IMG/VR virus record: IMGVR_UViG_3300038301_000548 | Coordinates: 32,001-96,000 of that record | DNA length: 64,000 nt | Source: a virus | Strand: one strand, 5' to 3' | Notes under the pieces: generated by a model | The model's database searches: none | Told to the model about the DNA's origin: nothing | The model's input: only the letters and a program-made list of their open reading frames with translations | Position numbers and translations under genes: made by a program | Part shown: positions 28,346 through 38,511 of the stretch, one piece after another | How the letters are laid out: every line of letters begins with the position of its first letter | How positions within the stretch are numbered: the stretch's first letter is position 1

Positions 28346-29219
28346 ACATGCCCAGAGAAAAGGGCACGTCCTCCTTTTGCTCGTGATTGCATTCAGGGCA
28401 GCATATCATCTGAGTCTTATCTATTTTTGGAATACTAGTGTTATGGATCTTTACTATAGTTCTTGCGTCTGCAGTTGGTAATACCTCTGTCAGTTTGAAG
28501 ATTTCGCCGGGCGTGGTAACTCCATTCGCCTCAACGAGTATTCTCCTCAAAAATTCTAAAGTATCACTGAAAGGAAGGTTAAGCTTTTCTTTTTGTTTTT
28601 TTGACTCTTCAAGATACTTGTAATCGTTAGGAGTCATTGTTTTTATTCTAACACTTATTTTGGTTATTGGCAAATCAAAAAGCAAAGTCTTACTTGTTTC
28701 ATCATACTTTACTTCTTCTGTGTCTGCGATACCGAACGTCCTGTTTTTCATATCTTCTAGGATCTTAGTTAAGCTAGCTTTGACTGGGCCCTCAAACGAG
28801 CAGTTGTCGCAAGAAAACAGCATTTCCAAGTCTTCGCCATAGCCAGTTTTGGCGGCTGACATCAAAAGTGCTAACTTATCACAGTCTAAAATTTCTTTTG
28901 AATTTATATTCTCTGTGATCATCAAAGAATCAATGAGCTTGTCGAATACAATCCCTTCATTGATATAATTTTGGTTCATGACAATATCTTCTTCTTTTGC
29001 TGTCATGGATTTAATTTCCAAAGTCTTCAACCCTTTCAGGGGGCTGCTTTCTTCATAAAATTCTCCGCCAGAAGGCAGGTGCACAATCTCAGTTGGTACA
29101 ACAAATGAAATGCCAAAAGGATTTTGTTTTGGCATTTCAGGGGGTGGGATATTGTGCTGTGGTGTTTGCGGTGGTTCTTGACGCTGTTGAACTTTCGTTC
29201 TTTTAGAATTTCTAGACAT
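28335..29219 (-). CDS. Tail/baseplate assembly chaperone (T4 gp26-like)
   Basis: LPSGGEFY, IKSMTAKEEDI, CDNC and CPEC motifs; lies between tube and tape measure genes. Confidence 0.7.
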   Translation of the reverse strand: MSRNSKRTKVQQRQEPPQTPQHNIPPPEMPKQNPFGISFVVPTEIVHLPSGGEFYEESSPLKGLKTLEIKSMTAKEEDIVMNQNYINEGIVFDKLIDSLMITENINSKEILDCDKLALLMSAAKTGYGEDLEMLFSCDNCSFEGPVKASLTKILEDMKNRTFGIADTEEVKYDETSKTLLFDLPITKISVRIKTMTPNDYKYLEESKKQKEKLNLPFSDTLEFLRRILVEANGVTTPGEIFKLTEVLPTADARTIVKIHNTSIPKIDKTQMICCPECNHEQKEDVPFSLGMFWS

Positions 29220-29253
29220 CTTTCCTCTTTATCTTAAACTTAAAAACTGTAAC

Positions 29254-29850
29254 TTAATCTGTAATAGTGCCGGAATTGTCAGCAGCACTTGTTCCGTCGG
29301 CGCCGGGGCTGGTGGTGTTTGTACTCCACTGAGCTTGTGTTGCTGGCGTTTCAAGTGTTGCAAAATCATATTTTAGACCTATCGTTATATTAAGCAATTC
29401 ATCGCTGTTGTAGTCTAGTTGATCAAACTCAACACTCTCTATTTGAGGGTTTTTGAGTGTCCAGGTCTCAACTGCAACATTACCCTCTGGATTCAATTGA
29501 ACAATCTTAATCTCATTGCCCAAAGCTCTAACCATTTCAGCTTTCGAGATGGTTTTCGGAGCTGATTCTGAATATGCAGTTGGCACAACATAGCCGGCTG
29601 TTTCCAGAATGCTATAAAGACTAGCTGCAGAATCTGGGTTAACCGGGTCGACGATGACCATGCTCACCGGGTCCCACTTTACTGAACCAGGGTAGTGAAA
29701 CTCATAGTTCAAAAATTGATGCGGTGTTGTGCCAACCTTGAAGGCCGGTTTCTTCACTGATTTTACAATAAATTGTGGCATACCAGAAAGATAGAGTAGC
29801 CATCTAAACTTTCTCTTTGGCTCAACCGAGGCTTCTGTCCAAAACGTCAT
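29254..29850 (-). CDS. Tail tube protein (gp19-like)
   Basis: EPKRKFRW, VKKPAF, YPGSVKWDPVSM, ETWTLKNPQI, LDYNSDEL, LKYDFA. Confidence 0.85.
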   Translation of the reverse strand: MTFWTEASVEPKRKFRWLLYLSGMPQFIVKSVKKPAFKVGTTPHQFLNYEFHYPGSVKWDPVSMVIVDPVNPDSAASLYSILETAGYVVPTAYSESAPKTISKAEMVRALGNEIKIVQLNPEGNVAVETWTLKNPQIESVEFDQLDYNSDELLNITIGLKYDFATLETPATQAQWSTNTTSPGADGTSAADNSGTITD

Positions 29851-29903
29851 TATATTAAATCTCCTATTAGTATATATTATACTCAGGCAGTTTTTAACGA
29901 TTA

Positions 29904-32900
29904 TTAATCGTCAAAAGAGGCACCTGAACGTGTTATAACAAAATCAACTGCAATAAACTCTATTGCTCTTGCAGGCTTCAGAAAAATCTTAGCATACATT
30001 ATGTTTCTATCGACAAGATCAGGTGTTGTCGTGGTCTCGTCTAGGACAACCTTGAAATCAGCTAGGCCCAATCTAGTTTGCACACTTTCAAGCATTGGGA
30101 CAACCAAACTCTTAAACCTGTTCCATGTTGCTGGAAGGTTATTATCAAACAATAGAGAGTTAGAGATTCTTGAAACTTCCTTTTTGACGAAAATCAATAA
30201 GCGTCTAACGTTTATTCGATCAAGAGCCGATTTGGTGCTTTGGAGCGTCTTTTGACCAAAAATTACAATCCCTTCCGATACGAACGAAGCGATTGGGTTA
30301 ATATTCGCATCATACAAGACATCTCGGTCTCGAGAAAGAAGCTGTTCTGATACCTGCAGAACAGGCACACCAGCGTTGCCCTCATTCAGGCCTCCGCGGT
30401 TGAATCCAGCTGGCGCAAACCAGACTTCATCTCGCTGCTCTGTGTAAGCCATAGCACCTAGGGCTACGACAGAAGGTGGTACCCAAACTGGACTTCCATC
30501 TATTGTGTCTCTTATCTGCACCCATGGGTAGTATGCGCACCCATAAGAAGAGTTTATTCGTCTCTGTATAAGAGCCTTGGCAGACAGGCTTGGAGTGGTG
30601 CCGTCGACGCGGGATTCGAAATTAGGGGCATAAGCTTCCGATTCTGGCTTATAAATGTTTGGAAGATCAACAATAGCTAGTGCGTCAGCTCGGGCTTCAC
30701 AAGTTTGAATTAACTTTGCAGTAAGATTCTTGTTGGAGATACCGGGCATTGTAGCCAGCTTCATCTCTACCATTTCAGGACTCTTAACCATCTCAATTGC
30801 CCTATCGATAGAGGCATAAGCGTAGCTATTAGCTGTGGTGGCATCTGGGCCCACACAATTAGACCGAATGGACATATTAAAAGGATCAGCTTCGGTTATA
30901 TTAACTCCGTCGCTACCACCTGCGAGCGGCAGAGCGAAAGACCGGACAACATCGAGAAGACCGGCGGCTGTGTGGCCTGTTCGAGCAACGTTATGGGTGT
31001 AAGAGTGATTCGTCGACGGCGCCGGTGCGGTGCCCGCGGTCTGGGATGAGCCTGAAACCCATACAGCCCTATCTAGATCATAACTTGAAATGTCCGTTCC
31101 GGGATCTGTCGCACCAGTAATAACAACATCATCCAAAGAAAAGATGTATGCATGCTGAGTGCTGGCGCCGGCGAGGCCGGACTGCTGCTGTGCTGTCAAA
31201 GTCGAATAATCTGCAAGTATTCTATAATAATCTCTCAAGCCGTCGTTTACTGACTGGAAATTTTGCGCGTATTTATCTCCGTCGCGGCTGAGGTTGTAGG
31301 GTGTTGCGCCAAACACGTATTCGCCGTTTCCTTGGCTTGGGTTTGTAGAGCCCGTTTGAACAGTTGGTGGTGTTGGCCAGTTGAAAACCACCGTGTCGAG
31401 GCCGCCGTGGAAAAGAACGCCTTCAGCTTCTGCAGCGTCGCTGTCGATGGGCCAGGTGGGTGTGGCGCCGGCGGTGTTCTTAAACACCTTTCCGTTGTCA
31501 GCCGGCGAATAAGAAAGCTTCTTTGGTATAACGGGCCCGAGGTAACCAAAAGGGACAGCTGTTTTGTCACTGGGTCCTTTTCCTGCGAAAGAAGGATTCA
31601 TTTCTACTCTTATAAAACTAGATTTATTGGCATAATCTCCATAGATCCTATTTCTTTTCTGCTTTATGTCCCACTTAAAATACTGGTTACCTATTCTGTT
31701 TGCTATATAGTCTTCTGAATTGGGGTTTAAATTAAGGTTTTCAAAATTGTCTAGAACTATGATCGAGTCGTTTACTACCTGCTTTACAACAACATCAAAT
31801 CGGCCGTAAGGACTGATGGCTGCTGGGTCTGCAATTTTAATATTTTGAACCTCTATATACATGTCCAAGGATTGTTCTCCTTCCTGTATACTGTGTATTC
31901 TAAATAGCCTTTCTGCACCTGCAGCTAAATCAGTTGCTTTGGCGGCCCCGAAGGTGCCATTGTACTGTGGAATGACCCAAGGGGCGCTAGAGTGCTCAAG
32001 TTCATGCTGATCTGACTTTCTGTCAGCCATCGCGTCATCCATTCTAGTTATAAAGACGCAGGTTGATTCCATTGTGGCGGCGCCTGCGGTGGTTACTTTT
32101 GTTTTTACTAGATTTTCATATTCTTCTTCAAAAGTTTCGCCAAGCCAATAGTGGTTGTAATAATCCTGCAATCCGGTGGATGTGACGCCAGTGTTCGTAT
32201 TTACTGGATTAGTATTCAAGACGTTTCTAATATGTTTTTCGCCGGCACGGAATGAGACTTGTTTTTCAATCGTTTCGCCAGTATCAACTTTTATAAGAAT
32301 TTTAAATTTGCCCTCAGCATCGATCTTGACAGGAACATGCTCACCGTTGGCTTTGTTATAAAGATTATCTTTACCAGCCTCGGCGCTGGCGTCGGCGGCC
32401 TTTACGCCATTCACACCAGGCACGAATGCGGAGCCTGTGGAGTAAATTATCCCCAATAAAGAACAGTTAGCCGTTGAAGCGGCATCCGGGGTAACGGGAA
32501 TGTTTGTCCCCCAAATGCCGAAGGCTCGTCTTGCGGCCCAGCCTGCTTTGCCAGTCTCACTTGAGTCGTCGCCTGAGATTCCGGCTAATCTAATAAAAGT
32601 TACCGGTGAATCGATTTTAGCTTTAAGATATGCCTGTGCAGCATATGCACCATAAGTCGGTGCAATAAATCCATTCCCATCTCTCCAGACGTCACCGCGC
32701 GGAGATCTGCCACCTGGAATAGGTTCTCCAAATATTTCTGTGAATTCTTGGAATGAGTTGACCTTTACAGGTTTGAGGGCTGGGCCACGTTGTGACCGAC
32801 CAATTATTACTGGACCGACTCCGCCTGGTGTAGCTGGGATTTGACTTTTATCAATCTCACTAAGAAACACACCGGGTGAGACGAACTTAAATTTCTTTAC

Positions 32901-32906
32901 AGACAT
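29904..32906 (-). CDS. Contractile tail sheath protein
   Basis: FVSPGVFLSEID, C-terminal YYPWV, PPSV, WFAPAGFNRG, INPIASF, GQKTLQ, LDRINVRRLL, KPARAIEFIAVDF. Confidence 0.95.
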   Translation of the reverse strand: MSVKKFKFVSPGVFLSEIDKSQIPATPGGVGPVIIGRSQRGPALKPVKVNSFQEFTEIFGEPIPGGRSPRGDVWRDGNGFIAPTYGAYAAQAYLKAKIDSPVTFIRLAGISGDDSSETGKAGWAARRAFGIWGTNIPVTPDAASTANCSLLGIIYSTGSAFVPGVNGVKAADASAEAGKDNLYNKANGEHVPVKIDAEGKFKILIKVDTGETIEKQVSFRAGEKHIRNVLNTNPVNTNTGVTSTGLQDYYNHYWLGETFEEEYENLVKTKVTTAGAATMESTCVFITRMDDAMADRKSDQHELEHSSAPWVIPQYNGTFGAAKATDLAAGAERLFRIHSIQEGEQSLDMYIEVQNIKIADPAAISPYGRFDVVVKQVVNDSIIVLDNFENLNLNPNSEDYIANRIGNQYFKWDIKQKRNRIYGDYANKSSFIRVEMNPSFAGKGPSDKTAVPFGYLGPVIPKKLSYSPADNGKVFKNTAGATPTWPIDSDAAEAEGVLFHGGLDTVVFNWPTPPTVQTGSTNPSQGNGEYVFGATPYNLSRDGDKYAQNFQSVNDGLRDYYRILADYSTLTAQQQSGLAGASTQHAYIFSLDDVVITGATDPGTDISSYDLDRAVWVSGSSQTAGTAPAPSTNHSYTHNVARTGHTAAGLLDVVRSFALPLAGGSDGVNITEADPFNMSIRSNCVGPDATTANSYAYASIDRAIEMVKSPEMVEMKLATMPGISNKNLTAKLIQTCEARADALAIVDLPNIYKPESEAYAPNFESRVDGTTPSLSAKALIQRRINSSYGCAYYPWVQIRDTIDGSPVWVPPSVVALGAMAYTEQRDEVWFAPAGFNRGGLNEGNAGVPVLQVSEQLLSRDRDVLYDANINPIASFVSEGIVIFGQKTLQSTKSALDRINVRRLLIFVKKEVSRISNSLLFDNNLPATWNRFKSLVVPMLESVQTRLGLADFKVVLDETTTTPDLVDRNIMYAKIFLKPARAIEFIAVDFVITRSGASFDD

Positions 32907-32962
32907 ACTAATGAATCTCCTTGAAAATCGAGCTTATCTAAAAAAGTAGTATTTTACTTTAG

Positions 32963-32969
32963 TAAATAG
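32963..32969 (-). promoter_or_regulatory. Putative late promoter motif CTATTTA
   Basis: Recurrent motif, here 57 nt upstream of the sheath ATG (see findings). Confidence 0.5.
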
Positions 32970-33000
32970 TTTTAGGATTTTGCAAAAGAATAAAAGAAAG

Positions 33001-33031
33001 GAAGAAGGCCCCGGAATGAACCGGGGCCTTC
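33001..33031 (-). terminator. Rho-independent terminator after the fibre gene
   Basis: AAGGCCCCGG / CCGGGGCCTT stem followed by a pyrimidine-rich tract on the minus strand. Confidence 0.75.
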
Positions 33032-33058
33032 GGAGAGGTAGGTATCTAGTAGAGTTTA

Positions 33059-36000
33059 TCAGGTCTTGATGAACCTGACGACCAACTCATCACCAGCTGC
33101 AAGAGCATTTGATGAAACTAGGGTAAGAGTGGTACCACTGATATTATAGTCTCGCTCTCCGTTGAAGCCGTTCGCAGTATAGGAACCGGAACGAGCTTGC
33201 AACAAACCGTTAATATAGACACTAACAGCATCAGCACTTGCTGGTGTTGCAGCCATAGTAAAGATACGGCCAGAATTGCCTGCTGTACCACCGCCAGAAA
33301 TAAACGTATCCTGATGGTGTGCGATGCTCAAAACACCACTCGAATTAGCTATGCCAGCACCTGCCATCTTTTCAGCAACGTGATCAAAAGTGATCTCTTT
33401 TGCAACACCGGAAGCGTCTGCGTCCTGAATAACAAATTTGTCACCCGAGGCAACACTGCTATTTGTTAGATCTGCAAGAGCAGAGAAAGTAACACTAGCG
33501 TTATCCAGAGATACGGCGCCGTCGATGTCAACAGAGCCATCAAACTCTGCAGTTCCGTCGAAGCGTGTATATCCGTCAAACTCAACATCTGGATCACCAG
33601 AGCTACCACCAGTCGATGCAAAAAGCACATCGCGGTTGGTATCGATAGTGATGACAGATGTGCCGCCTTCTTGGATGTCGACACCTTCAGCGCCATCGAT
33701 AGTGATCGCGCCAGCAGCGGTATCAATCTCCATTGCATCTTGTGCCTTGATGTCACCCTCTAAGTGAAGGTCCTGCCAAGCGGCAGATGTAGTACCTAGA
33801 TCATAGGTGTCATCCGCGGATGGGATAAGATCACCTGTAACTTTAACATCAGCACTAGAAACTAACAATAGGTCAGTTCCGTCACCACTGATGTAATCTC
33901 CGGCATCACCAAAAGCAAGCTTGTGGCCAGAGGAGACAGTTGCAGTATTGCTAGAGTTAGCATGAGTCAAGGTGAAAGGTTGATCAGAACCAACCTTAAA
34001 AATTGCGGAATTGGACAATAGATCAAGATCGTCGCCAATAACCACACTCTTCGCGACGCTCAGGCCACCGTCAGTTTGCATAGAACCATCAGTGGTTGAA
34101 GTAGCTTCAGTGGCATCATCCACAATAACTCGTCCAGCTGCCGTAATGGAACTTGAAGCATCGATAGCGCCGTTGATATCAACAGTAGTGGCATTGATTT
34201 CAATCTCTGTATCAGATACGAGGTCAAGAACACCATCAGCTGATTGATGAATATAAGTACCACTATCTCCGAACTGAAGCTGGCGACTAGAGTTCAAAAG
34301 AAGTCCAGTATCATGAACGTGAGTTAGATTAACATCTTGACCTGCGCCGAAATTCAATATTGCGCCGTCGGACAACAAATCTAGATCATCGCCGATAACA
34401 GCGCTCTTAGCGACGCTCAAGCCACCGTCAGTCTGTAAGGAGCCATCAGTGGTTGAAGTGGCTTCAGTGGCATCATCAGTTTTGAGGACTCCAGAGAAGG
34501 TACCTGTGCTAGCACCAACGGCAGTAGCAGTCAGGGCGCCCATGACCAATGGAGCAGCAGTGCCAGAAAATACTTCTGAACTGTTCGTAGCTGCACTAAG
34601 TATCGCAAAGCCTTCGGCGCTATCATCCCAACCCATGAAACCGACTCTAGCGCTGGATCCGTCGTGATAACGGAACTCGACGCCGCGGTCCTTGTTATCA
34701 TCGGAGCCAGGAGCACTATCACCGCCCAATGTTATAATTGGATCGTCGACAGTGACCGTCGTGCTGTTCACAGTTACTGTCGTTCCGTTTACAGTAAGAT
34801 TTCCCGTAACGGTATGATTACCTGTGACAGTAAGGTTATCATTAACAGTGGTCTCAGAAGTGCTATGGCCGATGGAAACCGCCACGCCACTGGTTGCAGT
34901 ACCAAGGCTCACACCTGCAGTACCATCGATAGCAACCGCTCCACCGTCGGCATCCATATCGATTGACGCGCCGCCGAGAGTTAAGGCTGCATCGGAATCC
35001 ACTGTAACTGCTGCAGCGCCATCAACAATAAAAGCGCCTGCGGATGCCAAAGTTGCGCCGGTGGAACCATCGTGAGTAATAGTCACATCGCTACCTGCGC
35101 CCAATGCAAGAACTGCAGAGTCAGAAAGTAGCTTCACATCATTCCCCGCGATGATGTCCTTGACAACACTCAGACCACCATCTGTCTGAAGGGATCCGTC
35201 TGTTGCACTAGTGGCATCAGTAGCGTTATTGACATTAAGAACACCGGTTGCCGAAACAGTGGCGCCAGTGGTGGCACCCAATGTTGAAATACCGTCAACA
35301 GTGATTGCGCCTGCGGCGCTGATGGTAACACCAGTTGAGCCGGCGCCACCGGCGATATCAAATGCACCATCGTCTTCAACGCGGAAAACTTCCGTGCCAT
35401 CATACTGCTGAAATACAAAGTCGTCACTATCAACCATGAGTTTCATAATGACAGCACCGGGTGTTCCATCAAGGTCAAGAGCAAGCTGGTCTGTGCCGCC
35501 GTCTTGGAACTTGACGTCACCAGTTGTGGAGTTCAAGTGTAACTCTCCAGTCGAATCAATCGAAATTGGAGATGCAGCGATTGTTAGACCTGTTGTGCCA
35601 TCGTGGGTAAGGGTGGCATCATCGCCGGCGCCCAAAGATAGTATTGCACTATCTGATGTCAGCTTGAGGTCGTTACCGACTGAAAGAGTATCGGATGTTT
35701 TGTTATAGGTAAGGCCGGCGTCGCCACCTAAGGACGAGCCGCCATCATTAAACTGAACTTGGGTATCACTACCCGCTGCAACAGAGCCAATAAGCTCTGC
35801 AACAGTAATCTTTTTAACCGAGCCGGCCGTGGTGATATCGTGAACTGGGATAAAGTCACCTGAAGCTGGTGAAGCACCCAGTGCTGCCAGTGCACTGATA
35901 TCCATCTTAAGCGATGGCTGATCTGATGAACCTGTATAAGCTGAAATGCCGCCAGAACTTGAAAGAGCTAGCTGTTTTGCTGAAATAGTAGTTCTCATTG

Positions 36001-37198
36001 CTGTTGATCCTCCTGACTCACTCGCTGCGTTACTCATACCAGTAACGGAGAATAGGGAGCCTTCATTTGTTGTTGTTATCGTAACGTTACCAACTGAACC
36101 ATCTGTGTCGTTTGTTAAACTAACTGTGCTGCTTGAGCGCGTCGCGGTGATACCGAGAATAGACGCATTGACCATATCTTTAATAGCCTCTGCAATATTT
36201 GCTGTGCTAAGTGAAGCATCAGATCCAGAGCCTGCAATAGTACCCTGTCTGAAATAGATTGGCGTGCCAAAATTTTTGCCCCAAAATTGGTCATTGGTCG
36301 GCGAAGTGCTGTGGTGGTTGTAGTAATTAATATTTGAATCAGATGCCAAATATTCATCATATCCCCATTTAAACGACTTCTTTCTTGCGTCAGTCGAAAG
36401 ACCGGTTGACGCAGTGCCATCAACAAAATTCATAGAACACGCGTTGCCGGCAAAGCCGGCTGTGGTAGCCATGAAAATTACCCAATTACTTTCCGATGAT
36501 GTATAAGTATCGTTAGCAATTGACGAAGGTTGCTGTAGGGTCCCAGCAGCCGTGGCGCCGTATGCCTCAATGTTGATGAGGCCAGCGTCCTCAGCATGGT
36601 TTACCGCCTGCATCAAAGCAGTGTGTAAACGCCAATCATTACCACTTGAATCAATAACTCTGATCCAGTATTCAGCCACGGAGGCCTTCTTATACAACCA
36701 ATACCTAGATGAGCTGGATCCGTATTTAGCTATCAATGACCAAGTGCCATTTGATGTTATATTGGACCCGCCGCCGGCACCGATGCCAACTTTCATCGTA
36801 GTGCCAGATGCATCGGTAAAGATGAAGTGAGGAATAGTGGTAATAGCGGCTAGGCCGGCGCCGTCGTTTAAGCTTGAGTTTATTGCCCAGGCATTAAAGT
36901 TCGACTGATCCGTCATCTCGAAAGCTAAAAGTGCTTTTTTAGCACCATCGGCTTCGTCAAATGTTGGAACCACTAGTCTCCCCTTTTGAGGGTCCTCTAG
37001 AGGAACAGTCGCATCACCGCCGGTGTAATCACCCGCTTTAGCATCGCTGCCTTCTGAATCCAAAAGGCCTCTTGCATTATTATCTATAACAAACGTTAAA
37101 TTATTAGTACCGTCTCCTAACACAAATCTCGGATAAGTAGCTGAGTCGAAACTACCCCCTGCTTGGGAAATTACTACTGTTCCTGTTGCTGCTGCCAT
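33059..37198 (-). CDS. Long tail fibre / virion fibre protein with internal repeats
   Basis: 1379 aa, Gly/Ala/Thr/Asp-rich; repeated DATEATSTTDGSLQTDGGLSV and L.LLSD.AIL..GA..D..LTH units. Confidence 0.7.
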   Translation of the reverse strand: MAAATGTVVISQAGGSFDSATYPRFVLGDGTNNLTFVIDNNARGLLDSEGSDAKAGDYTGGDATVPLEDPQKGRLVVPTFDEADGAKKALLAFEMTDQSNFNAWAINSSLNDGAGLAAITTIPHFIFTDASGTTMKVGIGAGGGSNITSNGTWSLIAKYGSSSSRYWLYKKASVAEYWIRVIDSSGNDWRLHTALMQAVNHAEDAGLINIEAYGATAAGTLQQPSSIANDTYTSSESNWVIFMATTAGFAGNACSMNFVDGTASTGLSTDARKKSFKWGYDEYLASDSNINYYNHHSTSPTNDQFWGKNFGTPIYFRQGTIAGSGSDASLSTANIAEAIKDMVNASILGITATRSSSTVSLTNDTDGSVGNVTITTTNEGSLFSVTGMSNAASESGGSTAMRTTISAKQLALSSSGGISAYTGSSDQPSLKMDISALAALGASPASGDFIPVHDITTAGSVKKITVAELIGSVAAGSDTQVQFNDGGSSLGGDAGLTYNKTSDTLSVGNDLKLTSDSAILSLGAGDDATLTHDGTTGLTIAASPISIDSTGELHLNSTTGDVKFQDGGTDQLALDLDGTPGAVIMKLMVDSDDFVFQQYDGTEVFRVEDDGAFDIAGGAGSTGVTISAAGAITVDGISTLGATTGATVSATGVLNVNNATDATSATDGSLQTDGGLSVVKDIIAGNDVKLLSDSAVLALGAGSDVTITHDGSTGATLASAGAFIVDGAAAVTVDSDAALTLGGASIDMDADGGAVAIDGTAGVSLGTATSGVAVSIGHSTSETTVNDNLTVTGNHTVTGNLTVNGTTVTVNSTTVTVDDPIITLGGDSAPGSDDNKDRGVEFRYHDGSSARVGFMGWDDSAEGFAILSAATNSSEVFSGTAAPLVMGALTATAVGASTGTFSGVLKTDDATEATSTTDGSLQTDGGLSVAKSAVIGDDLDLLSDGAILNFGAGQDVNLTHVHDTGLLLNSSRQLQFGDSGTYIHQSADGVLDLVSDTEIEINATTVDINGAIDASSSITAAGRVIVDDATEATSTTDGSMQTDGGLSVAKSVVIGDDLDLLSNSAIFKVGSDQPFTLTHANSSNTATVSSGHKLAFGDAGDYISGDGTDLLLVSSADVKVTGDLIPSADDTYDLGTTSAAWQDLHLEGDIKAQDAMEIDTAAGAITIDGAEGVDIQEGGTSVITIDTNRDVLFASTGGSSGDPDVEFDGYTRFDGTAEFDGSVDIDGAVSLDNASVTFSALADLTNSSVASGDKFVIQDADASGVAKEITFDHVAEKMAGAGIANSSGVLSIAHHQDTFISGGGTAGNSGRIFTMAATPASADAVSVYINGLLQARSGSYTANGFNGERDYNISGTTLTLVSSNALAAGDELVVRFIKT
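34053..34477. repeat. Near-identical 68-nt intragenic direct repeats (34053-34120 and 34410-34477)
   Basis: gcgacgctca.gccaccgtcagt.tg.a..ga.ccatcagtggttgaagt.gcttcagtggcatcatc, offset 357 nt; a diverged third copy near 35165-35225. Confidence 0.85.
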
Positions 37199-37332
37199 AT
37201 CAATCCCTCCTGTTTTTAAGGTTTTTAACAGGTATATACTCTATTATTAATAAACCTATACTTTTAATTAAAGATTATAAAAAGGAATTAAAATTTAGTT
37301 AACTAAATTTACACTGGACGGGAGAAAAAAAA

Positions 37333-37809
37333 TTAATCTTTCTTAAAGATAACTTTCTCACTTGAATTGGACGGTAACTGGACTGTGTATCCCTCTTCTG
37401 GGATACCGTATTCTAGCCTTAGAGATTCTAAATTGGCTAGGATTTCTTTGTTTTTTCTAGCGATGGAGACCATCAAGCTCGACTTACTTTTCTCATATTG
37501 AATCTGGACTTCAGCTATTTTATATTTTACGATTCTAGCTTCTTCCATCATGGCAACAATATTCTGTGATTCAGTCTCTGAGCATTCTAAATAGTCTGGG
37601 ATTTCTTCAACCTCCTCAGTTTCTGGCTCCAGGTCTGGCTCAGGCGCCTGGTCAGGAACGTCCGGTGGGTCATTATCGTCTTGGAAAGGTTGGTCTTTTT
37701 CTTTCGGTTCTTGGGTCTCTAATGCTGCGACTAAATCTTTTAATTTTTCTAAAATACTCATAATATCTTCTCCTCTATGAAAAAAGAATTTTTTTAAGAT
37801 TTCTAACAT
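37333..37809 (-). CDS. Hypothetical protein (paralog of 38079..38486)
   Basis: Shares YEK.K..(L/I)M...Y...LPS...EK..F.KD with the 38079 ORF. Confidence 0.6.
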   Translation of the reverse strand: MLEILKKFFFHRGEDIMSILEKLKDLVAALETQEPKEKDQPFQDDNDPPDVPDQAPEPDLEPETEEVEEIPDYLECSETESQNIVAMMEEARIVKYKIAEVQIQYEKSKSSLMVSIARKNKEILANLESLRLEYGIPEEGYTVQLPSNSSEKVIFKKD

Positions 37810-38011
37810 TATTATCGAACTTGCAAAAATCAGAATCTAAAAATTGTATTGATTTAATTCTGCATGTGTCGTCTGTGTCTTCAAATTCAAAATAGAATTT
37901 TCCGCTATCTAGACGCGAGCACTTGAGAAGCTTTTTGCCTTGAAGTTGTAGGTAGGCAGCGATACCAATATCACTAGTGGTAAAGGTTTTCTCTGTGGAA
38001 CTATCTTCCAT
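37775..38011 (-). CDS. DUF5659-like small protein
   Basis: FTTSDIGIAAYLQLQG...GKFYFEFED. Confidence 0.6.
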   Translation of the reverse strand: MEDSSTEKTFTTSDIGIAAYLQLQGKKLLKCSRLDSGKFYFEFEDTDDTCRIKSIQFLDSDFCKFDNNVRNLKKILFS

Positions 38012-38078
38012 GTTTTAACTCTCCATTCTTTTACTGTTAGTGTATATAAATAGAGATCTGGAGGCAGATTATCTAATA

Positions 38079-38486
38079 CTAGTCATCTTTTCTGAGAAAA
38101 TAACCCTTTTCTCCTGTTGAGCTAGGAAGTTTAAGTTCATATGTAAGACCTTCGTCAATGTTTTTTGACTTTTGTAGGGATTGTGCCATATTGTAAAGGT
38201 CGTTTTGACCATAAACAATCTGCGTCATGATATTCGCTTTATTCTTCTCATAGGTCAGGCACATATTGGAGAAATAGTTTTCTAGATCTACAATTTTGTT
38301 GCGAAATTCATGAATATGCTGTACTTCTTCCCATTCGACTTCAATTACTTCTTCGGCTGTTGTAGTCTGTGGTTCTGTGGTTGTAGCAGTCGTAACCTGC
38401 TCTGTGGTTGTGGTTGCAGAGGTTGTCTCTGTTTTCTTCTTAGCTGTCTTTGACATGAATGTTAGCTCCTTTTTTTGTTTGTCCAT
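38079..38486 (-). CDS. Hypothetical protein (paralog of 37333..37809)
   Basis: Same C-terminal pattern as the 37333 ORF; Thr-rich N-terminus. Confidence 0.6.
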   Translation of the reverse strand: MDKQKKELTFMSKTAKKKTETTSATTTTEQVTTATTTEPQTTTAEEVIEVEWEEVQHIHEFRNKIVDLENYFSNMCLTYEKNKANIMTQIVYGQNDLYNMAQSLQKSKNIDEGLTYELKLPSSTGEKGYFLRKDD

Positions 38487-38511
38487 GCTAATAACATAGT
38501 AACATAAAAAA

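Noticed and set aside
34053-35225. Direct repeats as a CRISPR array or DGR template/variable pair
   Set aside because: In-frame coding repeats inside the fibre; no regular spacers, no adenine-specific mismatch pattern, and no cas or reverse transcriptase gene in the window
37292-37311. Palindrome AAATTTAGTTAACTAAATTT upstream of the fibre gene
   Set aside because: Single AT-only occurrence, plausible by chance in this composition
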